DNA of 63,419 bases, counting the filler, from Octopus bimaculoides (lineage: Eukaryota), in the NCBI RefSeq assembly GCF_001194135.2. It is 6 parts of 6 records of this genome, joined end to end, with 100 filler letters (N's around TTAATTAATTAA, not from the genome) between each part and the next. Parts side by side here need not be neighbours in the genome. Positions count along the whole stretch, not along the records: positions 38,463 to 58,510 come from NC_068998.1; positions 58,611 to 63,419 come from NC_068981.1; 4 more parts are not named here. One strand, written 5' to 3'. Shown piece by piece: positions 49,593 to 60,753 of this stretch. Both the position numbers and the translations under genes were made by a program. Numbering within the stretch: position 1 is the first letter of the stretch; each line of letters begins with the position of its first letter. Below the pieces are notes generated by a model, which was not told the DNA's origin, made no database searches, and worked only from the letters and a program-made list of their open reading frames with translations.

Positions 49593-49721
49593 CTGTATTG
49601 AGTTCTAACACGAGGTTATTAGTTTCACTACGCCCAAACAAGATATTACAACACACACATTTGTTTGTGTATATATATATATATATGTGTGTGTATGTTT
49701 GTTTGTGTATGTATATATGCA

Positions 49722-50939
49722 CAGACATAACAAAAATAAATAGACACCCCATAAAATATCGTTTTATGTTTATTCTAACTAGTAAAAGTTTATATTTTTT
49801 ATTAATTCACATTTTTATGTTTCACATTCTATATGTGACTGTTTAGTCATGCTATGTACAAAAGAAGCCTTGAGACTGTCTGAATTTCAAAGACCACGTA
49901 TTGTGGGTCATTCTGAAGGTGAATAAAGTCAGCGAAAAATCGCGGAAAACCATGGGATCTCGCTTTCTACAGCTAATAGAGTGACTGTGCAATTCACCAG
50001 AGAGGAGAAGGAGTCCACATCATCTCCACCAGACCAATCAGGACTCTCTGGCAGGACCAGTCCTTTGTAAAGAGAAGTGTGGAGGATAATCCTCGTTGCA
50101 AGGCCTCTGACATGGCAGAACAAGTTGAATTTAGTCCCAGAACAGCTGCCAGGTATCGCCACAAACTCGGATACTATGGCAGAATCGCAATAAAAAGAAG
50201 ACACTTCTTCAATCAACCAATATGAAGTGGAGAAAAGATTGGACCATTGAAATGGTGGAAAGACCAGTCGCATTTTGGGACACTGTCGTATTCTCTGATG
50301 AGTCCAGATTTGCTGTATTTCCTAACAGTGGTTGAGTGTGGGTCTAGAGACGTTTTGGGATCAAGAATTTGATGTGAAAAGATTGCAACCAACAATGAAA
50401 CACGGCAGCTATTCTGTGATGGTCCGGGGAGCAATTTGGAGCAATGACTGAAATCAGAGCTGGTGGAGTGCGAGGGAAACATAAACTCAGATAAGTATGC
50501 GTCGATATTGCAGAAAGGACTCTTTTCAATCTTCTTCAGTGGTGAAATGATTAAAGAAGTCTATTTATGGAAGATGGGGTTCCTTGTTACACGGCTAAAA
50601 AAGCTTCCATGATCAAGCCAGTCACCAGATATGAACCCTATTGAACACCTCTGGAGTAAAATGGACAGGACACTTCATAAAAAGAACAAGAAAGCTTCTT
50701 CAAAGCCAAATCTTTTGAGATTACTGCATGAGACTTGGCAAGAAATTCCGCAAGAGAATATTCGTCATCTGTTCAGTAACCTGCGTAATGGGATCCTAGC
50801 ATTGAAAAATACAAAGGGCACGTCTGCTAAATATTAAATGTTCACATTATAAAAACTAACAAATAATTTCAATCTATAATTTCAGATTTATATAAATTTT
50901 AATGATTATAAGGGTGTCTATTTACTTCTGTCATGTTTG
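49722..50939 (+). mobile_element. Tc1-like DNA transposon, full-length decayed copy (transposase pseudogene 49849-50837)
   Basis: TIRs cagacataacaaaaataaatagacacccc / gggtgtctatttacttctgtcatgtttg + TA. LSEFQR.RIVG..QRKIAENHGISLST (HTH); VVFSDESRF; TMKHG..SVMV.G; FMEDG; SPDMNPIEHLW. Confidence 0.92.
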
Positions 50940-51127
50940 TATATATCTCATCCTTTCTCTGATTCTTTTTTCTCCCGTCCACCGTTTTCTATCTGTCTCT
51001 CTCTCTCTCTCTCTCCCTCTTCTTCCTTTACTCTCTCTCGTTGCTCACACGTGACCATCGTCCATCTTTCTTTTCCTCACGTGATCATCTGACAGGTATG
51101 GTTTCCATTTAGAAGAGCATGCACATG

Positions 51128-51169
<42 letters not shown>

Positions 51170-51565
51170 ACGTTCTTCCTCACAATTTCCTGCTAAATTC
51201 ACCCACAAGATTTCGTCGACCTGGGGCTATAGTACAAGTTATTTACCGAAATTTCCGAACAGTAGCACTGATCCTGAAACCACGTGGTTGCAAATTGAGC
51301 TTCACAACCACCGGACCATGTCAGCACCGATTTTGCTATTTTTTTTCTCCTATTATTTACCTCTGGAATGACTTATCATTAGAAGGATGTTGCTGTTGTT
51401 GTACTCGCTGTGTTTGTGTTGCTATTGTTTTTGTTTTCGTTACTAATGTTGCTGTTGTCGTTGTTGAAGAATTGTTGCTATGCCAATTTAACTTGTCCAA
51501 GTCGCTGTTATATGTTTATATAAAATAAAGTAACTTCGCAACATCTTCTTCCCGCTGCTTTACAG

Positions 51566-51594
51566 AATAATGAACGAAAATGGAAGGACTTGAG
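51566..51594 (+). CDS. Candidate 29-nt micro-exon (NNERKWKDL)
   Basis: Long pyrimidine tract catcttcttcccgctgctttacag; donor gag/gtaaag; phase 0 to 2. Confidence 0.3.
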
Positions 51595-51899
51595 GTAAAG
51601 AAAGAAAGAAAGAAAGAAAGCTGAAGAGAGACAGAGAAATGGAGAGAGAGAGAGCGAGAGAGAGAGGGGGGAGAGAAAGANNNNNNNNNNNNNNNNNNNN
51701 NNNNNNNNNNNNNNNNNNNNNNNNNNNNNNNNNNNNNNNNNNNNNNNNNNNNNNNNNNNNNNNNNNNNNNNNNNNNNNNNNNNNNNNNNNNNNNNNNNNN
51801 NNNNNNNNNNNNNNNNNNNNNNNNNNNNNNNNNNNNNNNNNNNNNNNNNNNNNNNNNNNNNNNNNNNNNNNNNNNNNNNNNNNNNNNNNNNNNNNNNNN

Positions 51900-51937
<38 letters not shown>

Positions 51938-52230
51938 GCACGGTACTATACATTATATGTACTTCCATAAAATAAATATTAAATGACATCTGCGTAAGAT
52001 TTTGTCTAGGAATACGGGCTTGTACACACAAGTGGGAGTGTGTGGGTGTGTGTGTGTATGTTTGAGAGAGAAAGAGGAAAAAGAAAGAGAAAGTATAGGT
52101 GCCACAAATCGAATATCTGTTAGTCTGAGTATATATACATACATACATATATACATACACAAATATATACACATACATAAATAAATATGTGGGTGTGTGT
52201 GTCCATAAATATGTGTACCGATCTCTCTCT

Positions 52231-52290
<60 letters not shown>

Positions 52291-53257
52291 NNNNNNNNNN
52301 NNNNNNNNNNNNNNNNNNNNNNNNNNNNNNNNNNNNNNNNNNNNNNNNNNNNNNNNNNNNNNNNNNNNNNNNNNNNNNNNNNNNNNNNNNNNNNNNNNNN
52401 NNNNNNNNNNNNNNNNNNNNNNNNNNNNNNNNNNNNNNNNNNNNNNNNNNNNNNNNNNNNNNNNNNNNNNNNNNNNNNNNNNNNNNNNNNNNNNNNNNNN
52501 NNNNNNNNNNNNNNNNNNNNNNNNNNNNNNNNNNNNNNNNNNNNNNNNNNNNNNNNNNNNNNNNNNNNNNNNNNNNNNNNNNNNNNNNNNNNNNNNNNNN
52601 NNNNNNNNNNNNNNNNNNNNNNNNNNNNNNNNNNNNNNNNNNNNNNNNNNNNNNNNNNNNNNNNNNNNNNNNNNNNNNNNNNNNNNNNNNNNNNNNNNNN
52701 NNNNNNNNNNNNNNNNNNNNNNNNNNNNNNNNNNNNNNNNNNNNNNNNNNNNNNNNNNNNNNNNNNNNNNNNNNNNNNNNNNNNNNNNNNNNNNNNNNNN
52801 NNNNNNNNNNNNNNNNNNNNNNNNNNNNNNNNNNNNNNNNNNNNNNNNNNNNNNNNNNNNNNNNNNNNNNNNNNNNNNNNNNNNNNNNNNNNNNNNNNNN
52901 NNNNNNNNNNNNNNNNNNNNNNNNNNNNNNNNNNNNNNNNNNNNNNNNNNNNNNNNNNNNNNNNNNNNNNNNNNNNNNNNNNNNNNNNNNNNNNNNNNNN
53001 NNNNNNNNNNNNNNNNNNNNNNNNNNNNNNNNNNNNNNNNNNNNNNNNNNNNNNNNNNNNNNNNNNNNNNNNNNNNNNNNNNNNNNNNNNNNNNNNNNNN
53101 NNNNNNNNNNNNNNNNNNNNNNNNNNNNNNNNNNNNNNNNNNNNNNNNNNNNNNNNNNNNNNNNNNNNNNNNNNNNNNNNNNNNNNNNNNNNNNNNNNNN
53201 NNNNNNNNNNNNNNNNNNNNNNNNNNNNNNNNNNNNNNNNNNNNNNNNNNNNNNNNN

Positions 53258-53293
<36 letters not shown>

Positions 53294-53319
53294 AACACAC
53301 ATATATATATGTATGAATG

Positions 53320-53360
<41 letters not shown>

Positions 53361-53592
53361 GCACACACAAACACACACACATACACGCGTATGATTACTA
53401 TATTGTAATCATATAGATATTTATGTATTTACATATATTTTTGTATATTGATCTCTATTTGACCATCTGTATATATTCCTGTATATTTGCGTATGTGCAT
53501 GTCAGTATGTGTGCACATATGTGTATATGTATTTTAAGTGAATATATGTGTGTGTGTGTGTGTGTATGCATGTATATGTATATATATGTATA

Positions 53593-53656
<64 letters not shown>

Positions 53657-54125
53657 CCTACATACATATACGTAGGTGTGAATTGTTTATTTAGACTTTA
53701 AATAAACCTTCTCGCGAATTCGGTTTCTTGCCATCGCGATCACCAGGCGAGAACTTTTCTTGATCGAATCATGATGATCGCACTGATTGTAAATAGAAGA
53801 CAACTTCTACACATACTACATGATTTATTCAGTACTCTCTTCTACTTTTGCTGATACAGTGTAATATTTGAATGTGTGTGTCTTTTAGAAAGCCACTGCA
53901 ATATCGCTAAGGGCACAAATAATGGGCAGAATACAGTTAGATGACCCTTTTTTTTCTGCTTGATAACCCTTACTTTTACAAATGAAGCATCGATTAAAAT
54001 AATCACGGGCAACACTCATTGCATTGGTACAAATATACCTTTTTGTTCTGGATAGAAAAGTTTCAAGTTTCAAAAGTAGTGGACTCAAAATGTCTAGTTT
54101 CTCGATAATATTTAATGAAATGGAA

Positions 54126-54386
54126 GGCGACGAGCTGGCAGAAACGTTGGCACGTCGGGCGAAATGCTTAACGGTATTTCGTCTGTCTTTACGTTTTGAG
54201 TTCAAATTCCGCCGAGGTCGACTTTGCCTTTTATCTTTTCGGGGTCGATAAANNNNNNNNNNTCGACTTTGCCTTTTATCTTTTCGGGGTCGATAAATTA
54301 AGAACCAGTTGCGTACTGGGGTCGATCTAATCGACTGGCCCCCTCCCCCAAAGTTTCGAGCCTTGTGCCTAGAGTAGAAAGGACTA
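54126..54386 (+). mobile_element. SINE B, full length (35-bp overlap duplicated around an 11-N gap)
   Basis: Head ggcgacgagctggcagaaacg; tail ccttgtgcctagagtagaaagga. Confidence 0.88.
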
Positions 54387-54430
54387 TTTAATGAAATGGC
54401 TACGGTCATTTAATCACTGACTTTTCCATA

Positions 54431-54594
54431 GCTGGAAAGAATACAGCAGGGTTCGACACCATCCCCTGCCGGAGCCTCGTGGAGCTTTTAGTAGTTTTTG
54501 CCCAATGAACACTCACAGGGCCCGGTATGGGAATCGAAACCACGATCCTACGACCACGAGTCCGCTGCCCTAATCATTGGACCATTGCGCCTCC
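54431..54594 (-). mobile_element. SINE C, 5' half
   Basis: Reversed head ccattgcgcctcc and cagggttcgacaccatcccctgccggagcc. Confidence 0.85.
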
Positions 54595-54699
54595 ACTTCA
54601 CACACATACAGAAATATATACTTATATATGTATATGTATGTATATATATAATTACATACACACACACAGAGATATATAAACATGTCACGTGATCTTGAA

Positions 54700-54746
54700 T
54701 GATAATGACGAAGTTTATAGTAATAGTAGTAGTACTAGTAGTAGTG

Positions 54747-54780
<34 letters not shown>

Positions 54781-55320
54781 TGTTTGCGATGGTGGTTCTG
54801 ATTGCAACATATGATTGTAGAGAACGAGATAGTGGCAGCGTTATAGTAGCCGTGGTTATGACAATAACGCTATTGTTGTTGTTGCTGAAGCTGCTGTTGT
54901 AGTGGTGGTAGTAGTAGTAACACTGGTGAGGGTAATAGCAGTGTTGTTGTTGTTGTTGTGGCTTATGTTGCTGTTGATGTTATTGTTGTTGTTGTTGTTG
55001 ATGATGTTATTGTCGTTGTTGTTGTTGGTGGTGGTGTTGATTTTAGTAGTTCTGAAGGTAATGTTGGCGGTGGTGGTTGTGTTTGATGGTGGTAGTGGTT
55101 GTGACGTGATTGTGGTGGTGGTGGTGGATGGCGGTGGTGNNNNNNNNNNNNNNNNNNNNNNNNNNNNNNNNNGTGGTGGTGGTGACGATGATTGTGGTGG
55201 TGTGGTGACGGTGGTGTGGTGACGGTGGTGGTGGTGGTGGTGGTGACGGTGGTGGTCGTGACGGTGGTGGTGACGGTGGTGATGGCGGTGGTGTTGATGG
55301 TTGCGGTGGTGTTGGCGTGG
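54700..55320. repeat. Compound trinucleotide tract (GTA/GCA/GTT/GGT)n
   Basis: Visible directly. Confidence 0.9.
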
Positions 55321-55559
55321 AAGTAGCCTATTCATCGTCTAATAGGCGATCGGACAGAGACGCCGTAAACTAGCTGGCTTCTATCTGGCATCTCAGTTTT
55401 TCAAGCTGTCTCCGTTGTTATTCATTGAATAAGGAAGAAGATTAATGGCGTTTGTCGTATTACCCAGAGTTCAATGCGATACTCACAAACAAGCGGAGTA
55501 CAATAAAGAAATGGCAAACGAGTTTTAGTAGGAATGAATAACGGCTGAATGAAAGGAAA

Positions 55560-56165
55560 ATGAGAATGGTGGGAAGAAGAGAAAGAAGGAGGGGGAGGAA
55601 AAAAGACGGAGAAGTTTTTACAATGAAAATGAAGGGAAAGGAAAAAATATATATATATTGATGTTAATGGGAGTCTTTGAATGAGGAAGAAAAAAATAAA
55701 CGAAAGGAAAAAGGAATGGAATTGAGAAAGAAAAATAAAGAAGGAAGGAAGGAAGGAACAAAGAAAAAGGGAGAAAAAGAAAGAGAGAAAGAGAAAAACA
55801 AAGAAAGAAAAAGAGAGTGAAGAGAAAGAAAAAAGAGAAAAAGAAGAGAAAGAACGAAAGAACAAGGGAAAAAGAAAAAGAAAGAAGAGAGAAAGAGAAA
55901 AACAAAGAAAGAAAGAAGAGAGAAAGAGAAAAACAAAGAAAGAAAAAGAAAGGAAGAAAGAAAGAAAAGGAAGGAAAAGCGAGTGAAGAGAAAGAAAGAA
56001 AGAGAAAAAGAAAGAAACAAAGAAAGAACGAGGGAAAAAGAAAAAGACAGAGACATAGAAGAGAAAGAAAGAAAGAAAGAAAGAAAGGAAAAACAGAAAA
56101 AGAAAATAAGAACAAGACGACACACAAATGAATCAGAGAAAAAAAACAAAGAAAAGAAAAATGAA
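55560..56165. repeat. ~600-bp polypurine (GAAA/GA) tract
   Basis: Almost only A/G on the plus strand, with recurring gagaaagagaaaaacaaagaaagaaa blocks. Confidence 0.9.
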
Positions 56166-56258
56166 ATGATGGCGAGCAAGGATCAGAATCGAAAAAGAGT
56201 GTTTAGAGCGGCACCCAAATGAACGCTGATGATAATGATGGTGGGCCATATATATAAA

Positions 56259-56335
<77 letters not shown>

Positions 56336-56641
56336 GAAGCTTATTTCAAAACCATGCAACCATGCCTACGCTCGTGTGTGTGTGTGTGTGTGTGTATGCC
56401 TCTGCCTTTTGTGTGTGCGTTTCACTTTCAGTAAATTGACAGGACACAAGTTAAACCATAAAACATAAACTATAAAATATATCGCCATAGCTACTCCCCC
56501 GCCACCACACCCTCCCTCACTCACTCCACCCATCAGCCCCTGTAGTCTTCTATCTGTACGACCAGATATATAATCTGTTAATCAGTTAATCCTATAAACC
56601 CTTCTGCCAGACGTCTTTTGAAAGACGATCGTCCGTCGAGT

Positions 56642-57084
56642 GAAAGTAGTTCCGATGTTTAGAGATAGCGGAAGTTTATTATTATCTCTGTCGAGAGAAA
56701 GTAGTTCTGAGGTAAGATATAGCGGAAGTTAATATTGACACTGTAGAGAGAAAATAATTCTGAGGTAAGAGATAGCGGAAGTTTATTGTCACCGTCCAGA
56801 GAAAGTAGTTCTGGGGTAAAAGATAGCAGAAACTTATTATCACATTACAGAGAAAGCAGTTCCGATGCAAGAGAGTGCGGAAGATTATTATCGTCACGGT
56901 TGACAGAAAGTAGTTCTGAGGTAAGAACTAGCAGAAGTTTATTATTGTCACTGTCGTAAGAAGTTGGTTATGAGTAAAAGACAGTAGGAGTGGGGGAAAA
57001 GTAGTTCCGATGCAAGAGATAGCGGAGGTTTATTTACGTCAGTGTACAGAGAAAGTAGTTCCGATGCAAATGACAGTGTTGGAG
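56642..57084 (+). repeat. Diverged 51/54-bp minisatellite, about 9 units
   Basis: Unit starts 56642, 56697, 56750, 56801, 56852, 56906, 56960, 56997, 57051. Shared head gaaagtagttcYgaKgYaagagatagcggaagttta. Confidence 0.88.
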
Positions 57085-57097
57085 ATTTCTTTTATTT

Positions 57098-57286
57098 TTG
57101 TATTCTTTTACTGGTTTCAGTCATTTTTACTGTGGCCATGCTGGAGCACCGCCTTTTATTCTTTGTAAGCCTGGCACTTATTCTATTATTCTCTTTGGCC
57201 GAACCACTAAGCTCCGGGGACATAAACACACCAACATCGGTTGTCAAGCGACGGTGATGGGGACAAACACAGACACGAATACACAA

Positions 57287-57380
<94 letters not shown>

Positions 57381-57537
57381 GACGGGCTTCTTTCAGTTTT
57401 CGTCTGCCAAATCCACTCGCAAGGATTTGGTCGGCGCGAAGCTATAGTGGATGTCCCTTGCCCAAGGTGTCACGCAATGGGACTAAACCCAGAACCATGT
57501 GACTGGGAAGCAAGCTTCTTACCACACAGCCACGCCT
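57098..57537 (-). mobile_element. SINE A, full length, long internal (AT)n
   Basis: Reverse complement of the family; the cgacgggcttc junction is intact. Confidence 0.88.
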
Positions 57538-57561
57538 GATGATTAGTTTGTTGAAAAAAAA

Positions 57562-57745
57562 AGCAGTGAGTTGGTAGAATGGTTAGCTCGCCAGACAAAA
57601 TGCTTAGCGGTATTTCACCTGTCCTTTACGCTTTGACTTCAAATTCCACTGAGGTCGACTTTGCTTTTCATCTTTTGAACACTGAGATCGATAGAATTGA
57701 CTAAACTTCTCCAAAATTTTAGGGCTTGTGTCTACAGTAGAAAAG
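57562..57745 (+). mobile_element. SINE B, degenerate
   Basis: gcagtgagttggtagaatggttagc..ttcaaattccactgaggtcgactttgc. Confidence 0.75.
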
Positions 57746-57774
57746 ATTATTACATTGAAAAGAGTTAAAGAGGG

Positions 57775-58110
57775 GAAAGGAAACAGCCTTGACGAACTCC
57801 AACCTGTCTCCTAATGAAACATCCGATGTCATTCTTCAAGCTTAATGTACTATTTGAATTTTTGTACAGTGTTTGAATGTCTTCGATGAAGTTGCTTGCG
57901 AAATTGAAGTCCCTCATCATTCGTTATAAGCCTTCGTACAAAATACAGACAAGATATTTTGAAGGTGTAGCAAAAGGTGACGCTGATTGTTGAGGATATT
58001 TCTCAAGCAGCTGTCTAATTTTAAATATCTGTTCTGATATTTTATTTCCTTGTATCCGAATTTTGCTAGTTAAGCTTGTGTCAATGCCTTTTTTATATAC
58101 CTTACATATA
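57775..58110 (-). pseudogene. RTE-like reverse transcriptase fragment
   Basis: ISEQIFKIRQLLEKY..RMMRDFNF..IQTLYKNSNS..RRQVGVRQGC (GVRQGC motif). Confidence 0.7.
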
Positions 58111-58129
58111 TACATATATATACATATAA

Positions 58130-58317
58130 CCTCGTGGGCATCGGTACCATTTTCCTCTTTCTCCGTTCTTCCATTCTCCGAACTTTCCATCTTTCCGACG
58201 AAGGGCTACGCCCGAAACGTCATACACTCTCTCTTTCCTTTCCTGAGCGTCCAATAATACTATCCATATCACGTCCTCACTTTGTTGTTTTTTTGTTTTT
58301 TTGTTATTGTGTTTTTG

Positions 58318-58320
<3 letters not shown>
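58130..58320 (+). mobile_element. Penelope-like terminal-repeat fragment with a hammerhead motif (58192-58224)
   Basis: CCGACGA-A-GGGC-tac-GCCC-GAAA-CGTC, flanked by (AT)n on both sides. Confidence 0.6.
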
Positions 58321-58347
<27 letters not shown>

Positions 58348-58351
<4 letters not shown>

Positions 58352-58510
58352 GCGCAGGAGTGGCTATGTGGTTAGTAGCTTGCTTACCAGCCACATGATA
58401 CCGGTTTCAGTCCTACTGCGTGGCACCTCGGGCAACTGTCTTCTACTATCTCTTCAGAGAGTGGATTTCTTCAACTATAGGCGGTGCTCCAGCATGGCCG
58501 CAGTCAAATG
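58348..58510 (+). mobile_element. SINE A with an internal deletion
   Basis: The head ggcgcaggagtggctatgtgg jumps at gtggattt directly to the 3' ggcggtgctccagcatggccg. Confidence 0.8.
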
Positions 58511-58640
58511 NNNNNNNNNNNNNNNNNNNNNNNNNNNNNNNNNNNNNNNNNNNNTTAATTAATTAANNNNNNNNNNNNNNNNNNNNNNNNNNNNNNNNNN
58601 NNNNNNNNNNATATATGTCTGTCTCTTTCTCTCTCACTCC

Positions 58641-58741
<101 letters not shown>

Positions 58742-59765
58742 TGTGTGTATGTTTATGTATGTGTGTGTGCATGTATGTATGTATGTATGTATATACTTAA
58801 ATAGGCGTAGTACAGAGCGTCTGGATATTACGTCAACAAAGAATCAAACTGCCACACAATTATTTCTGTCTCACATTCTCTCACTCACCGGTCTATTTAT
58901 CTGTATTTCGGTCCCATCTCCGATGTTATTCTGCGCACTGAGAAACTTGCAGTCAGCCAATCAATAAAACGTTATTCCCAAGCTGAAGATATATACATCT
59001 ATGAGTGTGTACCTGTGTTTAGGCGTGCACTTATGTATATCTGTTGTTTTGTCTTTCTGCGTATGTGTGTGTGTATGCGTGTGCGTGTGTGTGTGTGTGA
59101 GTTTGTTCATGCGCGTCTGTGCGCGCGTGTTTGAATGCGTATGTGTTTGTATCTTTACATATACTGGTGTCTATATCTATCTTCCCATATATATATATAT
59201 ATATATATANNNNNNNNNNNNNNNNNNNNNNNNNNNNNNNNNNNNNNNNNNNNNNNNNNNNNNNNNNNNNNNNNNNNNNNNNNNNNNNNNNNNNNNNNNN
59301 NNNNNNNNNNNNNNNNNNNNNNNNNNNNNNNNNNNNNNNNNNNNNNNNNNNNNNNNNNNNNNNNNNNNNNNNNNNNNNNNNNNNNNNNNNNNNNNNNNNN
59401 NNNNNNNNNNNNNNNNNNNNNNNNNNNNNNNNNNNNNNNNNNNNNNNNNNNNNNNNNNNNNNNNNNNNNNNNNNNNNNNNNNNNNNNNNNNNNNNNNNNN
59501 NNNNNNNNNNNNNNNNNNNNNNNNNNNNNNNNNNNNNNNNNNNNNNNNNNNNNNNNNNNNNNNNNNNNNNNNNNNNNNNNNNNNNNNNNNNNNNNNNNNN
59601 NNNNNNNNNNNNNNNNNNNNNNNNNNNNNNNNNNNNNNNNNNNNNNNNNNNNNNNNNNNNNNNNNNNNNNNNNNNNNNNNNNNNNNNNNNNNATATATAT
59701 ATATATATATATATATATACACCTGTTTTCGTCCTTGTTTTCCCATAAATTTTAACTATATATAA

Positions 59766-59797
<32 letters not shown>

Positions 59798-60186
59798 GTA
59801 CTTATATGTGTGTGTATCAATGTATATTTATGTGTAGTTGAGTGTATTAGGTTCGACTAGGAATATAAGTATATATGTAATAGTTCACGTGCGTGTGTAC
59901 GTACACACACACAAACACACATAAACACACACACACACACACACACACACATATGCCAGCACACTAACATACACACACACGTGTAGACATACATACACAC
60001 ATACACATACTTACACGAAAATGAACATCGATATGTGTATATATATATATATATATTCCTTCAGTACGTTTTCATGTGAAAATGTGCCCTGTCCTGTCTC
60101 TCTGGAGATACAAGTGTATACGTTCCTCCTGTTTGTATTTGTATGTGTTTGAGCGTATCTACGCTATATGTCTGTGTGTGTGTGTG

Positions 60187-60223
<37 letters not shown>

Positions 60224-60539
60224 ATATGTTCATACGAGTGTGTGTAAGTGTGTGCGCGCGCGCGTTTGTTTCGTAATCTCTTTCGGACATTTATTTTATT
60301 TGTTTCTCTCTCAGCGTATGTGTGATGGTCTATATGCGATATACGTATGCATACGTTTGTATGTATCTGTGTGTTTGTGTAGTGGAGACTATGTATGTAT
60401 ATCTCTCTCTATATATATATATATGGTACTATACAGTAATGAGTAGTTGCTGTGGAACATTGGTACATATGTGTGCGTATGTGTGTTCTTGAGCAAATGT
60501 TGGTTTGAGCGTGAACTGTGGTTGAAATGCCTAACAGAC

Positions 60540-60585
60540 CTGTAAACGGTACCGAGATAACTGCACAGACTGAAACCTCCGAACA
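60540..60585 (-). CDS. Candidate 46-nt exon
   Basis: Strong acceptor attctttcttctgttccgtcag; weak donor cag/gtctgt; all frames open (e.g. FGGFSLCSYLGTVY). Confidence 0.2.
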
Positions 60586-60657
60586 CTGACGGAACAGAAG
60601 AAAGAATTGTAGTAAAACAATACAATTTAGGTTGGTATTGCTTTATACATGTATATG

Positions 60658-60692
<35 letters not shown>

Positions 60693-60709
60693 AAGTATTT
60701 ATGCATATA

Positions 60710-60753
<44 letters not shown>

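Noticed and set aside
50293-50310. CTGATGAGTCC hammerhead-like core
   Set aside because: It encodes SDES of the Tc1 transposase, and the rest of the fold is absent.
53885-54120. Minus-strand 75-codon open stretch with CFICKSKGY (zinc-knuckle-like)
   Set aside because: It lacks the H and final C, the ORF start lies in a SINE, and there is no splice support.
54217-54297. 35-bp direct repeat inside SINE B
   Set aside because: It flanks an 11-N gap and is an unmerged contig overlap.
56642-57084. CRISPR-like repeat-spacer appearance
   Set aside because: Eukaryotic context, diverged repeats, mutually related spacers and no cas genes.
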